From a virus: a stretch of DNA of 64,000 nt. A model generated the notes under the pieces. That model had not been told where the DNA came from. It ran no database searches and worked only from the letters and a program-made list of their open reading frames with translations. Below are positions 1-11,000 of the stretch, piece by piece (the first letter of the stretch is position 1; every line of letters begins with the position of its first letter). The stretch covers positions 1 through 64,000 of the IMG/VR virus record IMGVR_UViG_3300021197_001743; one strand, 5' to 3'. The position numbers and the translations under genes were made by a program.

Positions 1-10
1 GCCTTATGAA

Positions 11-433
11 TTGCGTAATTTTATTTCAAGAAATAGTAAAGTCAATAATGAGACTTTTCTATTTCCTAGGATGGATTTTGGAGTCGGCCTCTCTGGCTAT
101 GGGCTCAACAATGGAGGAAGAGGGGTCCATACGGATAATGTCACCAGACTTATTTCTATAATGTTGTTTTTTACAGATCAGAGTGAAATAACAGCCGGCC
201 AACATCAAATATTTAAAATAGATGAGAACTATAATCCAATTAAAACAAAAACGGTAGAAGTTAAAAAAAATAGGCTGTTAGCTTCGATACAATCTAATAA
301 TGCTTATCATTCAGTAAATCCTTTGAAATTTGGAGAGCGAAGAGCGATTTATTTGTCTATTTCGAGTTCAAATAAGATCTGGAGAGATTATAAAGATCCA
401 ATTTTAAAAAGAATATCAAAAAACAGAAGGTAA
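11..433 (+). CDS. 2OG-Fe(II) oxygenase (probably 5'-truncated by the window edge)
   Basis: HxD (VHTDN), distal His (AYHSV) and Arg (ERRAIY) arranged as in DSBH dioxygenases; the frame is open back to base 2. Confidence 0.75.
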   Translation: MRNFISRNSKVNNETFLFPRMDFGVGLSGYGLNNGGRGVHTDNVTRLISIMLFFTDQSEITAGQHQIFKIDENYNPIKTKTVEVKKNRLLASIQSNNAYHSVNPLKFGERRAIYLSISSSNKIWRDYKDPILKRISKNRR

Positions 434-435
434 CA

Positions 436-1083
436 ATGAACAAAACAATTTCAGTCTGCATTTTTAGTTATAAATATGCTCATTTATTAGCTCAAGCTAT
501 AGAATCGGTCCTTTGCCAATCCAGAAAACCAGATAAAATTTATGTTATTGACGATGGAGCGAAAGATGGTGTTGATGAAGTTTTAGAAAAATATAGCGAT
601 TATGGGATTATTCCAATTTTACGAGAAGAAAACCTTGGAATAGTAAATAATTTTCAAGATGTCTTAATGAGATTAGATACAACTCATGCTCTCATGCTAG
701 GTGGAGATAATTATCTCCACCCTAATACCCTAGAAGAGCTAGAGAAAGTTAATTCAGATATTGTCTCGTATGACATAATTCTGTTTGGAACCGAAGCTCA
801 AAAATTTGCTTCTAGAAGAAGTTGTAAAATGATAAATGGATATTATGTTTGGCAATTTAAAAAAGGAAATATAAGAGCGGGAAATTACATTCATGGTTCT
901 TCTTTATATAATGTTGAACTAGCAAAAAAGTTTGGATATAAAAAAAATCCCAAATCAAGACTTTCAGAAGAGGATTATATGTTATGGAAAGCAATGATTC
1001 TAGATGGAAATGCCACTCACCAACATGTTGAAAAGCCATTTTTATATTATAGAAGGCATAAAAATAATTTTCAAAATTATTAA
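436..1083 (+). CDS. Glycosyltransferase family 2 (GT-A fold)
   Basis: ISVCIFSY...AIESVLCQ...VIDDG N-terminus, GGDNY (DxD-like), EEDY and YYRRH motifs. Confidence 0.85.
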   Translation: MNKTISVCIFSYKYAHLLAQAIESVLCQSRKPDKIYVIDDGAKDGVDEVLEKYSDYGIIPILREENLGIVNNFQDVLMRLDTTHALMLGGDNYLHPNTLEELEKVNSDIVSYDIILFGTEAQKFASRRSCKMINGYYVWQFKKGNIRAGNYIHGSSLYNVELAKKFGYKKNPKSRLSEEDYMLWKAMILDGNATHQHVEKPFLYYRRHKNNFQNY

Positions 1084-1091
1084 AATAGCCC

Positions 1092-1120
1092 TTGACACCC
1101 TTCGCAACCTATGTTATAAT
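1092..1120 (+). promoter_or_regulatory. sigma70-type promoter (early/middle)
   Basis: TTGACA-17nt-TATAAT with extended TG; AAGGAG RBS before ATG 1146. Confidence 0.85.
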
Positions 1121-1145
1121 AGTATTAAGTTATTAAGGAGATATA

Positions 1146-1352
1146 ATGAACTACACATTATCAAATCAAGCCGTAGGAGCAATTATGATGGCGCTCCAGA
1201 ATTCACTCATGACACAAACGGACATTGTCCCTATGTTGACCGGGTTTCAGATTCAAGTCGATGACACCAACCAGCTTATTGTTACGAACCCGCCAGTTGT
1301 TGAAACTCCATCAGCCGAAACAAATACCCCAACCATTAAAGGCAATCTTTAA
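1146..1352 (+). CDS. hypothetical protein
   Basis: RBS and promoter upstream; TAATG coupling to the next gene. Confidence 0.7.
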   Translation: MNYTLSNQAVGAIMMALQNSLMTQTDIVPMLTGFQIQVDDTNQLIVTNPPVVETPSAETNTPTIKGNL

Positions 1353-1615
1353 TGCCTAAGTATGTATACGGCTGCCAAGAGTGCTCTGAATACTTTGAGG
1401 TCTATCACGGAATGAATGAAACACAAGAGTCGTGCGTCTTCTGTTCTGCGGTAGGCCTCAATAGAGTGCCGCAAATGCCCTTTATTAAGCGTTCTGAACC
1501 TTCAAGGGGTACTAAGGTAGGCGAGGAAACGATAGCCTCTATCGAGGCTAATAGGGCCCTTCTAAAGGATATGAAGGATAAGGCTCAAAAGGAATTTTAT
1601 AAAGATGACAATTGA
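1352..1615 (+). CDS. FmdB-family zinc-ribbon protein
   Basis: MPKYVYGCQEC...FEV...CVFC...LNR pattern. Confidence 0.8.
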   Translation: MPKYVYGCQECSEYFEVYHGMNETQESCVFCSAVGLNRVPQMPFIKRSEPSRGTKVGEETIASIEANRALLKDMKDKAQKEFYKDDN

Positions 1616-1991
1616 AATCTGGCTCGCCCTAACATTATCAATCTCGCTATCAATTAATGCGTTATTGGTATGGTTTAGTCGAGAGCAATCACAAAGACTA
1701 TCATATGTCTCACAGAACCTCGGGGATCTTGTAGAGATGATAGCAAATTATCGAGAACATTTAAGAAAAGTTTACTCCTTGGAGATGTTCTATGGCGATG
1801 AAACATTAAAGATGTTAATGGAACACACCAACGCTCTAGTTTCATTATTGAAAGAAGAGTATGGTGATATCACAGACATAACAGAACCATTAGAAGTAAT
1901 AATCGAAGAGGAAGAAGATGCGGAAGAGATCCAAGAGAGCCAAGAAAGGCAAGATGTATTTTACGGCGGAACACGAACAGGCAATTCTTAA
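1605..1991 (+). CDS. hypothetical membrane protein
   Basis: N-terminal hydrophobic helix and acidic C-terminus. Confidence 0.6.
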   Translation: MTIEIWLALTLSISLSINALLVWFSREQSQRLSYVSQNLGDLVEMIANYREHLRKVYSLEMFYGDETLKMLMEHTNALVSLLKEEYGDITDITEPLEVIIEEEEDAEEIQESQERQDVFYGGTRTGNS

Positions 1992-2613
1992 GTTTTGCAC
2001 AAGCGATGATCATGCTGAAAAAGAAGTATTATATGTAGACTGGATACAACCAGCTTTCAATCAAATGGTAGATAAGATTGTATTCTCATATAAATTTACA
2101 AATTTACCAAACATTGATGAGTTGCGAATGGAATGCAAGGTGTGGCTTACTACTATTTTAGATAAGTATGATCCCAATCGTGGATCTAAAGCATTCTCGT
2201 ATTTTAGTGTGATAACTAAGAATTGGTTCATCCATAAAGTCAAAAAGAACACCAAAAGACTTCAAAGAGAAGTCCCCTATGAAGATGCTGAATTAGAATT
2301 GGAAACGTCCTTTGTAGATCCCGGAGATCAATATTACAAAGAAAGAGTCTCACGCGAGTTCTGGCAGAAGCTATGGTCGGAAATTGAATCTTGGGATGTG
2401 GACTTTGAAAAGGAAGCTGAACGAAAGGTCTATGAGGCCGTAAAAATTATTTTAGCTTCTGTTGATGAAATTGAGATATTTAATAAGAAAGCGATATATT
2501 TATATCTCCGAGAACTAACCGGAATGAATACCAAGCAGGTCGTAACGCACTTAAATAAAATGCGAGGAAGATATAAAGACTTCAAAAAAGACTGGGATGA
2601 TGGTAAAATTTAA
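1918..2613 (+). CDS. Phage sigma factor for late transcription (T4 gp55-like)
   Basis: sigma region-2-like KYDPNRGSKAFSYFSVITKNWFI; T4-like context. Confidence 0.7.
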   Translation: MRKRSKRAKKGKMYFTAEHEQAILKFCTSDDHAEKEVLYVDWIQPAFNQMVDKIVFSYKFTNLPNIDELRMECKVWLTTILDKYDPNRGSKAFSYFSVITKNWFIHKVKKNTKRLQREVPYEDAELELETSFVDPGDQYYKERVSREFWQKLWSEIESWDVDFEKEAERKVYEAVKIILASVDEIEIFNKKAIYLYLRELTGMNTKQVVTHLNKMRGRYKDFKKDWDDGKI

Positions 2614-2620
2614 CTAAATT

Positions 2621-2628
2621 CTAATTAT
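2621..2628 (+). promoter_or_regulatory. candidate late promoter CTAATTAT
   Basis: CTAnTTA motif in the gap before the baseplate operon; recurs in other gaps. Confidence 0.45.
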
Positions 2629-2632
2629 TGAT

Positions 2633-2935
2633 ATGAGTAGTAAGAAACACATTGAAGAAGCTATTGCTAATATAAGAGATGACCGCGAGATAACCCGCGA
2701 GTTATTGGATGATGCCATTAAATACCTTGCTGTTGACGATGCAAGACACAAGGATATAGGTATGACCCTTGCTAAATATGTCGAGACACTGCAAAGATCA
2801 AATGAGCAATTAGTAAAGTTGTGTGCTCTCATGTCCAAGAATGAAGGCGGTGATGAATTAACCGATAAGGACTTCGCACAAATCTTCGATCAAATTCAAA
2901 AATCGGAGGAAGATGATGGCGATAACACCGAATGA
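2633..2935 (+). CDS. hypothetical helical protein
   Basis: ORF in operon, coiled-coil-like. Confidence 0.6.
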   Translation: MSSKKHIEEAIANIRDDREITRELLDDAIKYLAVDDARHKDIGMTLAKYVETLQRSNEQLVKLCALMSKNEGGDELTDKDFAQIFDQIQKSEEDDGDNTE

Positions 2936-4016
2936 GTTAACTAATAAAGAGAATCGTACATCACGGAGAAATGATTTAGTACAAGACTTGATTATAGATA
3001 AAATCTATAATAAGCTCCCAGAGAACTTCGAAGCGATAATATTGACAGACCCATTCAAGGATTCCTCCGCCGAAACTCTTTCACCTCCCGAAGGACCCTC
3101 TGCAGAAGAGGCACCGCCAGATATTCCAAACACTAATTTTTATTATCTGGTAAGAGTCAGGCCGATAGGCGTTCAGGATTTGATACTCCCTGATCCTTTT
3201 GCTGTTAAGTTTAAAAACGTTTTAAAAAAGATAATTAATGCTCACCCGATAGGCTATATCGAAGCGGCTTCTCTTGACGGTTCACCTCCCACTGTTGGAG
3301 ATGTGTATCAATGTAGATATACAACTAAAGATCGGCGTGGTATTGCTATAGTAAAGAAGCTTAGAAAAGGAACCGCTAATTTTGCTGCTGAAGATACCAT
3401 ATCGATAGCAGACGCATTCTCCGGAGAGCTTCCAACATTGTTGGGTCCCCGCACTTCCGGATCAGGGTTCAAAACAAAGGGCAGTGTTTCCATAACAAAT
3501 CAAGCAGAACTAGATTTTCTAACTGTGTTGACGTCTAGATTGAGAAACAAAGGGTACAATCGTGAAGTTGTAGTCACTAGCACCACAAGAACCGCTAGTC
3601 AACAAGCCCAAGCCGTTATAGATCAGGTCAACAACAATGGAATATCTTGGTATGATACAAAGTATAATAGTTTCACATATAAAGCACAAGTCAGGGAATT
3701 ACTCATATCATCCCCAATTAATAAAGACAAAATGGTTGAGTGGATGAAAAAAGCAATGAGTGAGGGTAATTACATGTCCGCGCACATGAGATCAGGAGCG
3801 TTTGATTTAAGAACCAATGATCTATCTTTTACTGAGGGCTCTCTTTTGTTTAAAACAACGCAAGAAATGAAAAACGCTGGCTTGATAAGATACACTAATT
3901 GGGAAAATGTCGAGGACAGCACTGTCAATAAAGAAAAGCGAAAAACTGGAGCTGTTAATTCAATATATGGAGAGCATATACATATTAGTTTATACATTTC
4001 GGGTAAAGATGAATAG
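2913..4016 (+). CDS. Baseplate-region protein with C-terminal M15/LAS zinc peptidase (putative peptidoglycan hydrolase)
   Basis: VTSTTRT...Q, SAHMRSGAFD (H-x6-D) and EHIHIS (HxH) motifs. Confidence 0.7.
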   Translation: MMAITPNELTNKENRTSRRNDLVQDLIIDKIYNKLPENFEAIILTDPFKDSSAETLSPPEGPSAEEAPPDIPNTNFYYLVRVRPIGVQDLILPDPFAVKFKNVLKKIINAHPIGYIEAASLDGSPPTVGDVYQCRYTTKDRRGIAIVKKLRKGTANFAAEDTISIADAFSGELPTLLGPRTSGSGFKTKGSVSITNQAELDFLTVLTSRLRNKGYNREVVVTSTTRTASQQAQAVIDQVNNNGISWYDTKYNSFTYKAQVRELLISSPINKDKMVEWMKKAMSEGNYMSAHMRSGAFDLRTNDLSFTEGSLLFKTTQEMKNAGLIRYTNWENVEDSTVNKEKRKTGAVNSIYGEHIHISLYISGKDE

Positions 4017-4047
4017 AGTGAATTTGTGTTCTCAAAAGGAAAAATAA

Positions 4048-5064
4048 ATGGCTGATAAAGAAAAGAAAATAGATAACTCGGGCGCATATGTGGTCTTAAA
4101 AGATGAACAGCGCCTGTCAATCGAAGAACAAATAACGGATACTATCAAGAATAACCCTAACTTTCCTGATAAAACCGGACTGTTCTTAACAAAAAGCAGA
4201 GAAAGCCTACCAGCGTTCTTCCCTGTTGGTGATGAAGAATATGTTATATCAAGAAAGAGAAATCAAGGCCGACACACCGGCTCGAGGATTGTTTTAACAA
4301 AGGATAATTATGGCCACCGCGGAACAGGACTTGGCGGTCATGGCTTCACTCAATGTGAGGCAATTGATATCGTTGCCGGTTCCTTAAGTTGCGAAGATAG
4401 AACCAAAACAGCCTCCACCCAAACAAGAGCGAACTTTATAACTGACGGTGCCAGAATTTATTTAACAGAACGCGGAGACATCCAACATTATTTCGCATTA
4501 GGAAAGTCTACCGAAGCGACAGCAATATCTTCCAAATTAAAGTCCGGCATTGGCATCAAGGCCGATCACACTTTAATAATGGGACGTGAAAGAATTAGAA
4601 TAGTAGCAGGAGTCTCAGCAGCAGAAGGCGGAGATAGAACTGTAGGTTTAAATAGCAACGTTAATCCTAAAATTGAATTAACGTCAATATCAGACCAAGC
4701 TGCACAGCCAGCTGTTTTAGGAGATAGTCTTGTAGGATATCTCTCAGAAATAAAAGACGAAATACAAAGCTTAAGAAACAAGATACAAGATTTGGAAGTA
4801 AACTTAGTTGATTATAAAACAGCAATTGCCTTACACACACACAATGGCCAAGGCATTGGCGTTGTTGCAATTAATCCAAGCCCAGAAGGTATCCAAGAAG
4901 CTGCTCAAAGCATACCGTCGTTTTTTAAAACAACGACTGGGAATATTAGAGAGACATACCAATCGGTTCAATCAGATTTCGCTCATGTTGGTACTTCTGA
5001 TGGTGAACTCAAGGGTACGCTCTCAGATAGAATTTTAAGTTCAACAGTATATATAGGAAAGTAA
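4048..5064 (+). CDS. Baseplate hub/spike protein (gp5 C-terminal-like)
   Basis: beta-rich core, PAVLGD motif, coiled coil then HTH tip motif (LHTHNG); upstream of gp25. Confidence 0.5.
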   Translation: MADKEKKIDNSGAYVVLKDEQRLSIEEQITDTIKNNPNFPDKTGLFLTKSRESLPAFFPVGDEEYVISRKRNQGRHTGSRIVLTKDNYGHRGTGLGGHGFTQCEAIDIVAGSLSCEDRTKTASTQTRANFITDGARIYLTERGDIQHYFALGKSTEATAISSKLKSGIGIKADHTLIMGRERIRIVAGVSAAEGGDRTVGLNSNVNPKIELTSISDQAAQPAVLGDSLVGYLSEIKDEIQSLRNKIQDLEVNLVDYKTAIALHTHNGQGIGVVAINPSPEGIQEAAQSIPSFFKTTTGNIRETYQSVQSDFAHVGTSDGELKGTLSDRILSSTVYIGK

Positions 5065-5065
5065 T

Positions 5066-8000
5066 ATGGCTAACACAGATTTTACAAAGTACCAAACCGA
5101 CGTTTGCGAAGAGACCCCAGACGCTAAGCCGTTAAAAGAATTCTGCCCGACGTGTGTCCCGGATCCAAATTATATGGAGCCTGACTGGACAATGATGGTC
5201 GGTGAGCCGTATTTAAATGAAAAGACTTGTGAATACTCTGTTTGCGTTACTATGGACAAGAACATGATGTCTTTTGTTCTTGGAGAAGATGGCCCTTTTC
5301 CTGAAGGCAATGCCCGTCGACAGCTTCTCAGGAGATACATTGAACCAGCATTAATATTAATGCTTGAGGAATATGGAAAGCTTGTGGCTGACCAAGTATT
5401 GTGCGCTTTTCATGAGGGACCAACCCTTACGGCAATGAAACCCGAAGATTTAATAGCAAATTCGAGTAATCTTACGACAATCTTTGAATCACTCAGCACA
5501 GACCCAGAAACAGGGCGATGTGTTGACCTCGAGGTACCAGCTCAAAACATTCCGGATCCCCTTCTTCCCGATCAACCAGTGGACATCTTGCAGACAACCA
5601 GTAATATTGTTGCCAATTTGCCAACAATAAAAAACCCATTTGCGCTGGAACTGTACGCGTATGCTAAGGAGTTCATGATTGATCCATATCAAGGTCTCTT
5701 AAAGGTCCTCGTGGTCATTCCAGCATATGTATTTGAGGCAGTGCCTGACCGGCCCTCATTAGGAGACTTAGAAGACAAAGCACTTGAGACCAAGCAAGAA
5801 GTCGAACTTGACATAGGCGCCCTCTTTGCGCAAATTTATCGACTGAGAACTGCTATGAGTGTCTATTCAAAATATCAATCGTATTTTGACGAGAGCCAGA
5901 ATGGCCAACTTAGCTTAACGCGAGATGGAGAGAAAGTAAGTTCTTATTACGCCTCAACGTACGCAGGGAAGGTTAAAGTTTTCTATAATGAACTTAAGAC
6001 CTTGGCGAAAAAAAATGGCTGGAATATACGCTCCAACACTCCCAGCGCCACAAAGCAAAACGCTAGATTAGTTAAGATTACATTCGACGGATCAGATAAC
6101 GAGAACCCTTATGTGATTTCTAAAATCGAAGCAAAAAAGAAAGGCTGTCAATACGAGGAATTCACCAAAGGATTAGGCAAAAACAACGAAGATGGGTTCT
6201 TCTTTAAATACAGTAACGATCCCACACTAATGAATTACATTGCCAAGATCAAAGAAATAGATTTAGCACTCCAAGCAAGACAATCGTATCCATGGTTAGA
6301 ATTTTTAATTAAATTTACTTTTCCACTTATAAAGGTTGACTACGGCACTCTAAACAAAGAAACAATCGAAGATACCGTTGGGTCTTGCGTTGCTAACAAT
6401 GCAAAGAAATTTTCACTTGACCTTAATGATTATATGCTCAAAGAAGTCCTGTCCTTGGGAGAAATTCTGTCATATGAGTACAACAAGAAAGGTTGTTCGC
6501 AATTAGCGGACTTCTCCAATGAACCAGAGGTTATGGAATTTGAGAAAAATTTAGATGCCGGTATCGAAGCTAGAAGGGATACAAAAGAAAACATTCTTGA
6601 AGCACAACAGCAAGAGTTGGATCGTATATTGTCCGATCTAAGAGCAGAGCAAAACAAATTGGTAGTGCTAGAGCAAGAGAAGCAAGTTTACGCCCAAGAA
6701 CAATCCCCTGATAATACCACCTTTGTTAATCTACGCAGGATCAATAAAGAATTAGACAAGACGAATTCAAAAATAGAAAGATTACAAAAGCAAGCAATAG
6801 ATCTCAATGACTTTGATGCTCAAGATCAAAGACAATTACAAAGAAAAGCCGCCCGAGACGCTCGTAAAACTAGAAGAAACAGTCATCCTTACACAAAAAT
6901 GGCAAGAAAGCTAGCCCTAGAAGAATTAAAATCACAAAATAGTATTCTGACATCTTTGGTGGATTTTGATAGCTGGGTAGAATCTGGATACAAGGGTCTA
7001 AGCTTCAGTACTATTGATAAAGATATGGATCGTAAAACACTCATGCAGAGAATGTCCACATGTAATATTCAAGGTCTCGCCACCCAAGCACTCCGTTGTT
7101 TGCTATCTGGGACAACAGAGAAAGCGGCACTAAAGAAAATTGTACAGGTCGCCTTAGAGCAGATGGACATTGATGTCATGGGGATATTCATCTCCAACCT
7201 ACCCCCGCAAGAGCAACAAAAGTTGAGAGATGCGTTCAAAAAAGAATTTGGAGATCTTAAGCTCCCATGGGAAGAAGGTTATGATTCTGGATCCATGGAT
7301 AATACCAATGCATATATGAATTATCTAACTCGTTCGAATGTCCAGAAAGAAAAGCAACAAGAACAGGATCGAGAACGTATTGCTGTTTTAGAGGAGCAAA
7401 TTAAAAAGGAAAAATTAGAGCAACTAAGACAAACATTATCAGAGTCATCCGATGCCGCTGAAGTTGAAGAATTTTTTTCCGACGTACATGAAGAAGAAGA
7501 TCTATTTGCTGAATTTGTAGAAGAAAACAGAGCAAGCGACATCCAAGAAGCGGAAGCAGAAATTTCTGAGCTATCAAAGCAATTTTCCGACCTCTCCGAA
7601 GAACAACAGCAAGACGTCATCGAAGGGTCGAAAAAGCCCAAGCATAAGCCCGGAACTTATGGTAAGGCGCTTGGTAATATGCAAAAATTAATTGTTGATG
7701 CGTATATTCAGAACATGATAAAGTTATTAGAGTTAGATAGTCTTTTGTCCATACTAGAAAGATTTCCGGGAGGAGACTTGTTGCCTAGGATTTTAAACAA
7801 AACAGACTGTTCAAACCAAGGTATGTTCAATCCTCCTCTTGATAGTTTTTTGAGTACATTCTCGCTGCAAACCTGTGGAGATCTAGGGGTAGGTATAGGA
7901 GTTCCTGAATTATTAGGGAAAAAACTCTCAAACTTCTATGATAGGAGCTTGTTGACTAAATTAAGAAACAAGTTCATTGAAAAAGTTGAAAAGTCTCTCA

Positions 8001-11000
8001 CCGGAGTCATAACAAAGATATTAATGAAAGTGCTGCAGACAATTGATGAAGCAATTTGTAAATCGATTCAAGCTGCCGGATCTCTAGCTTCAAACTCTGG
8101 AGGTCTAGACGATGCATTTAGAGATGCATTTTGTCCCGACGGAAATGAAGAAGATTTAGATGATACAAAGAATAATTTATTTAAAGCAGCCGGTCTCCAA
8201 CCGTCAACACCATCGCAAATCCCCAATATAAATCAGCAGCCTGTCTCTAATGATTCTTACGAATGCTTGTTTAAAGCAATAAACTCTACAACATCCAAAA
8301 GGGAAGTTCTAGGTCTATTATCGACAACACCCTCAGAGATGGACGAAACAGTACTCCGGAGAATAGCGGAGCTAACCAATGCCATGTGCCCAGAGTTTTC
8401 AAGTGTGTTTGGGACAACAAATCAAGTCGCTCAAGTTTTTGCTTCTGTTGCAAATTATATACCACCAGAGCTTCGATCGGCCATTAAGGATCAAGTGAAT
8501 GCTCAACCCGACGGCCCGATATTTAGCTCCGTATGTCTGACACAAGAACAAAAAAATCAATGGGATCAAGATAGGGTTAATTTATTAACAGATGGCGGAT
8601 TGGACCAATCAACTGCTGAAAGAATGATAAATGAAGCTAATGATAGAGTTTTAGATGACTTAGGAGATTTATCCAAGATATCCGAGAAGGGCCCTGAGGG
8701 TCTTCTAGAAGAAGCTGTGGCATCTTTGTTTCGAGAACCCGAGTGTTCTGAGGACAATGCTCCCATTAGTTTTGAGAACGAAGAGCTAGCCGCACAGAAG
8801 AAAGGTTATATTAAAAACTTTTTTGAATTAATTGAGAAAAGATTTCTTGGAGACTTAATCCGAGGAAGAAATTCGGTCCTTGGGAATATCTTGAGAGATA
8901 AGAACAACTTTAGACTACCAAAGCATGAACTGAGAACAAGTTATCCGTTAATCTGGCCTGATTACTCGGACTCAGATGAAACTTGGCAATTTAGAAAAGA
9001 TAATGCAAATTTGTTAATCACCAGTAGGATGGATGGGGCTTTCGGAGTATTTCCGGAGACTGTTGGTATTAGAATGAGAAAACAACTGCTCGAGCAAAAC
9101 CCAACATACAATAGTTCCCCAACACTGCCGCAAATTAATATGAATTTTGTCGACCGCGAAGAAGATCAAGAATATGAATTCAAAATAAACTATCAGGTTT
9201 TACATGAGACCGGCTCTTTAAAAAGAGTGTCTGTCGATGAAACTTTCTATAGGAAGTTAAGAAAGAAAGAAGCAGAACAGCTGGGACTAGACCCATCCGA
9301 GCTCGGAGATAACAAGACAGTAGTAACTGGGTCAACTGATATTATTGTCCGGTCTCCTATCGATTTATCTAAGTACGCTGTTGAATACACAGACAACACT
9401 CTTCCGTATCAATCGTATATTTTTAAATCGCTATTGGAAAACAAAATTGGATCAGATGTGCATGACAACGGCTCCTTGTCTTCGGTTTACAGCTCCATTA
9501 ACTCAACGGTTCTAGGCTTTACAAAAACCGCGGCGGCTGGTAAAGTCGATGGAGACATCCCGTCTGGGTTTAAATTTGGTTATACCGATCAAACTCCGCT
9601 GTCTTTTGTGGATCTTCATTATGTTAACCCAGATGCCGACCCCGAGGATAAAAGTACTTGGGTATATACTCATCTTCCAAATGAAAAAGTGCTTGGAAAG
9701 AGCGCAACAGAGAATCCGAGAGTTCATTTCTTGGACCCATCTATCCATGGGGGCTCTTATTTGCTTCCAAAAATTTACATTGAACCAATGACATATAGTG
9801 GCTGGCTTGGTATGGTTAAGACATTTATACCACAAATTGATCTCTGTGATGACGTGGATAATGGATTTCTAAATGTATCAGAGATTTCCGACCGAGTTAA
9901 GCAAGTTGAAGATAACCTGCCTTTCGATGAAAGATTGTCTCTGGCACCTGACTGTCGCGTGGAACAACCTTATCATAAAATCTTCGCTCAATCTTCCCAT
10001 GGTATGATGGAAGGTGTGGTGTTGGCAACTACAAAAGTATATGCAACAGAATTTATTCTTAAGACATTATCCGTGTTTAGTAGTGTAGCGTTCTCGCCCA
10101 ACAACATAGATTCGACATTTATCAGTTTGCTGGTCGATGAGATGAGGAAGGGCCTGATATCCCAGACCAATCGTTTTAATATTGTCCAAGGTTATACATA
10201 TTACTTGTTGTTTCTAGAGCAAGCCGCTCAAGTTGTCCAACGACAAATTATTGATGGATTAATGGAGGAGACACCAGAGATAACAGCAGCTAAAGCAATT
10301 ATAACAGAAGCACAAGAAAACTTCAACCCAATAAGAATAAACCCAAAAGCGATCGTTGATGGATCATATGACTTTTCGGATATTTTAGACATCTTCCAAG
10401 GCTCTGCTATTATAGGTTTCGGTGAGTTCTGGGAAGACGAGTACAACAGTATTATCGATATTGAAACCATTGATAGCGCAGGTGTGTCCGCAGCCCTATT
10501 GGCACGATTGGCGTTTAAGCTGGGTTTCCTTACTCCTTTCAAGATCAAATTGGCTAGGAAAGTAAAAACACTACATGAAACTAAAGCCGCTGCCGAGGTT
10601 CTTCTCGGAGCATTGATTGAAAAAGAAGTGCAAGAGTTGATGAAGAAAATCAACTTCAACCTTCGTCCACAACCAACGGTTCACGATATTAGCAAATATT
10701 TGCTATCAAAAAACGGTATTACCTTAGGGTCTTCTCTAAGATCCGGAGAGTCGGTCATTGAGCAACCTGTTGTAGAAGGAGAAACTGGTTTCGACTATGG
10801 AAGAGTATTCGACGTAGTTAGGAATGTTGAGACACAAAATCCATTAAATGAATTGGAAATAGAAATCAGTGAATTACCAATTCCAACTGGATATAACGAT
10901 GTGTATCAGTATTTACAAGATAGTTTCGACCCCGCAGATAATATGGTACCGGAGTTTTTAGAATCAAAGTTTCGAAATTTACTTCCGATGCTTAAAGAAG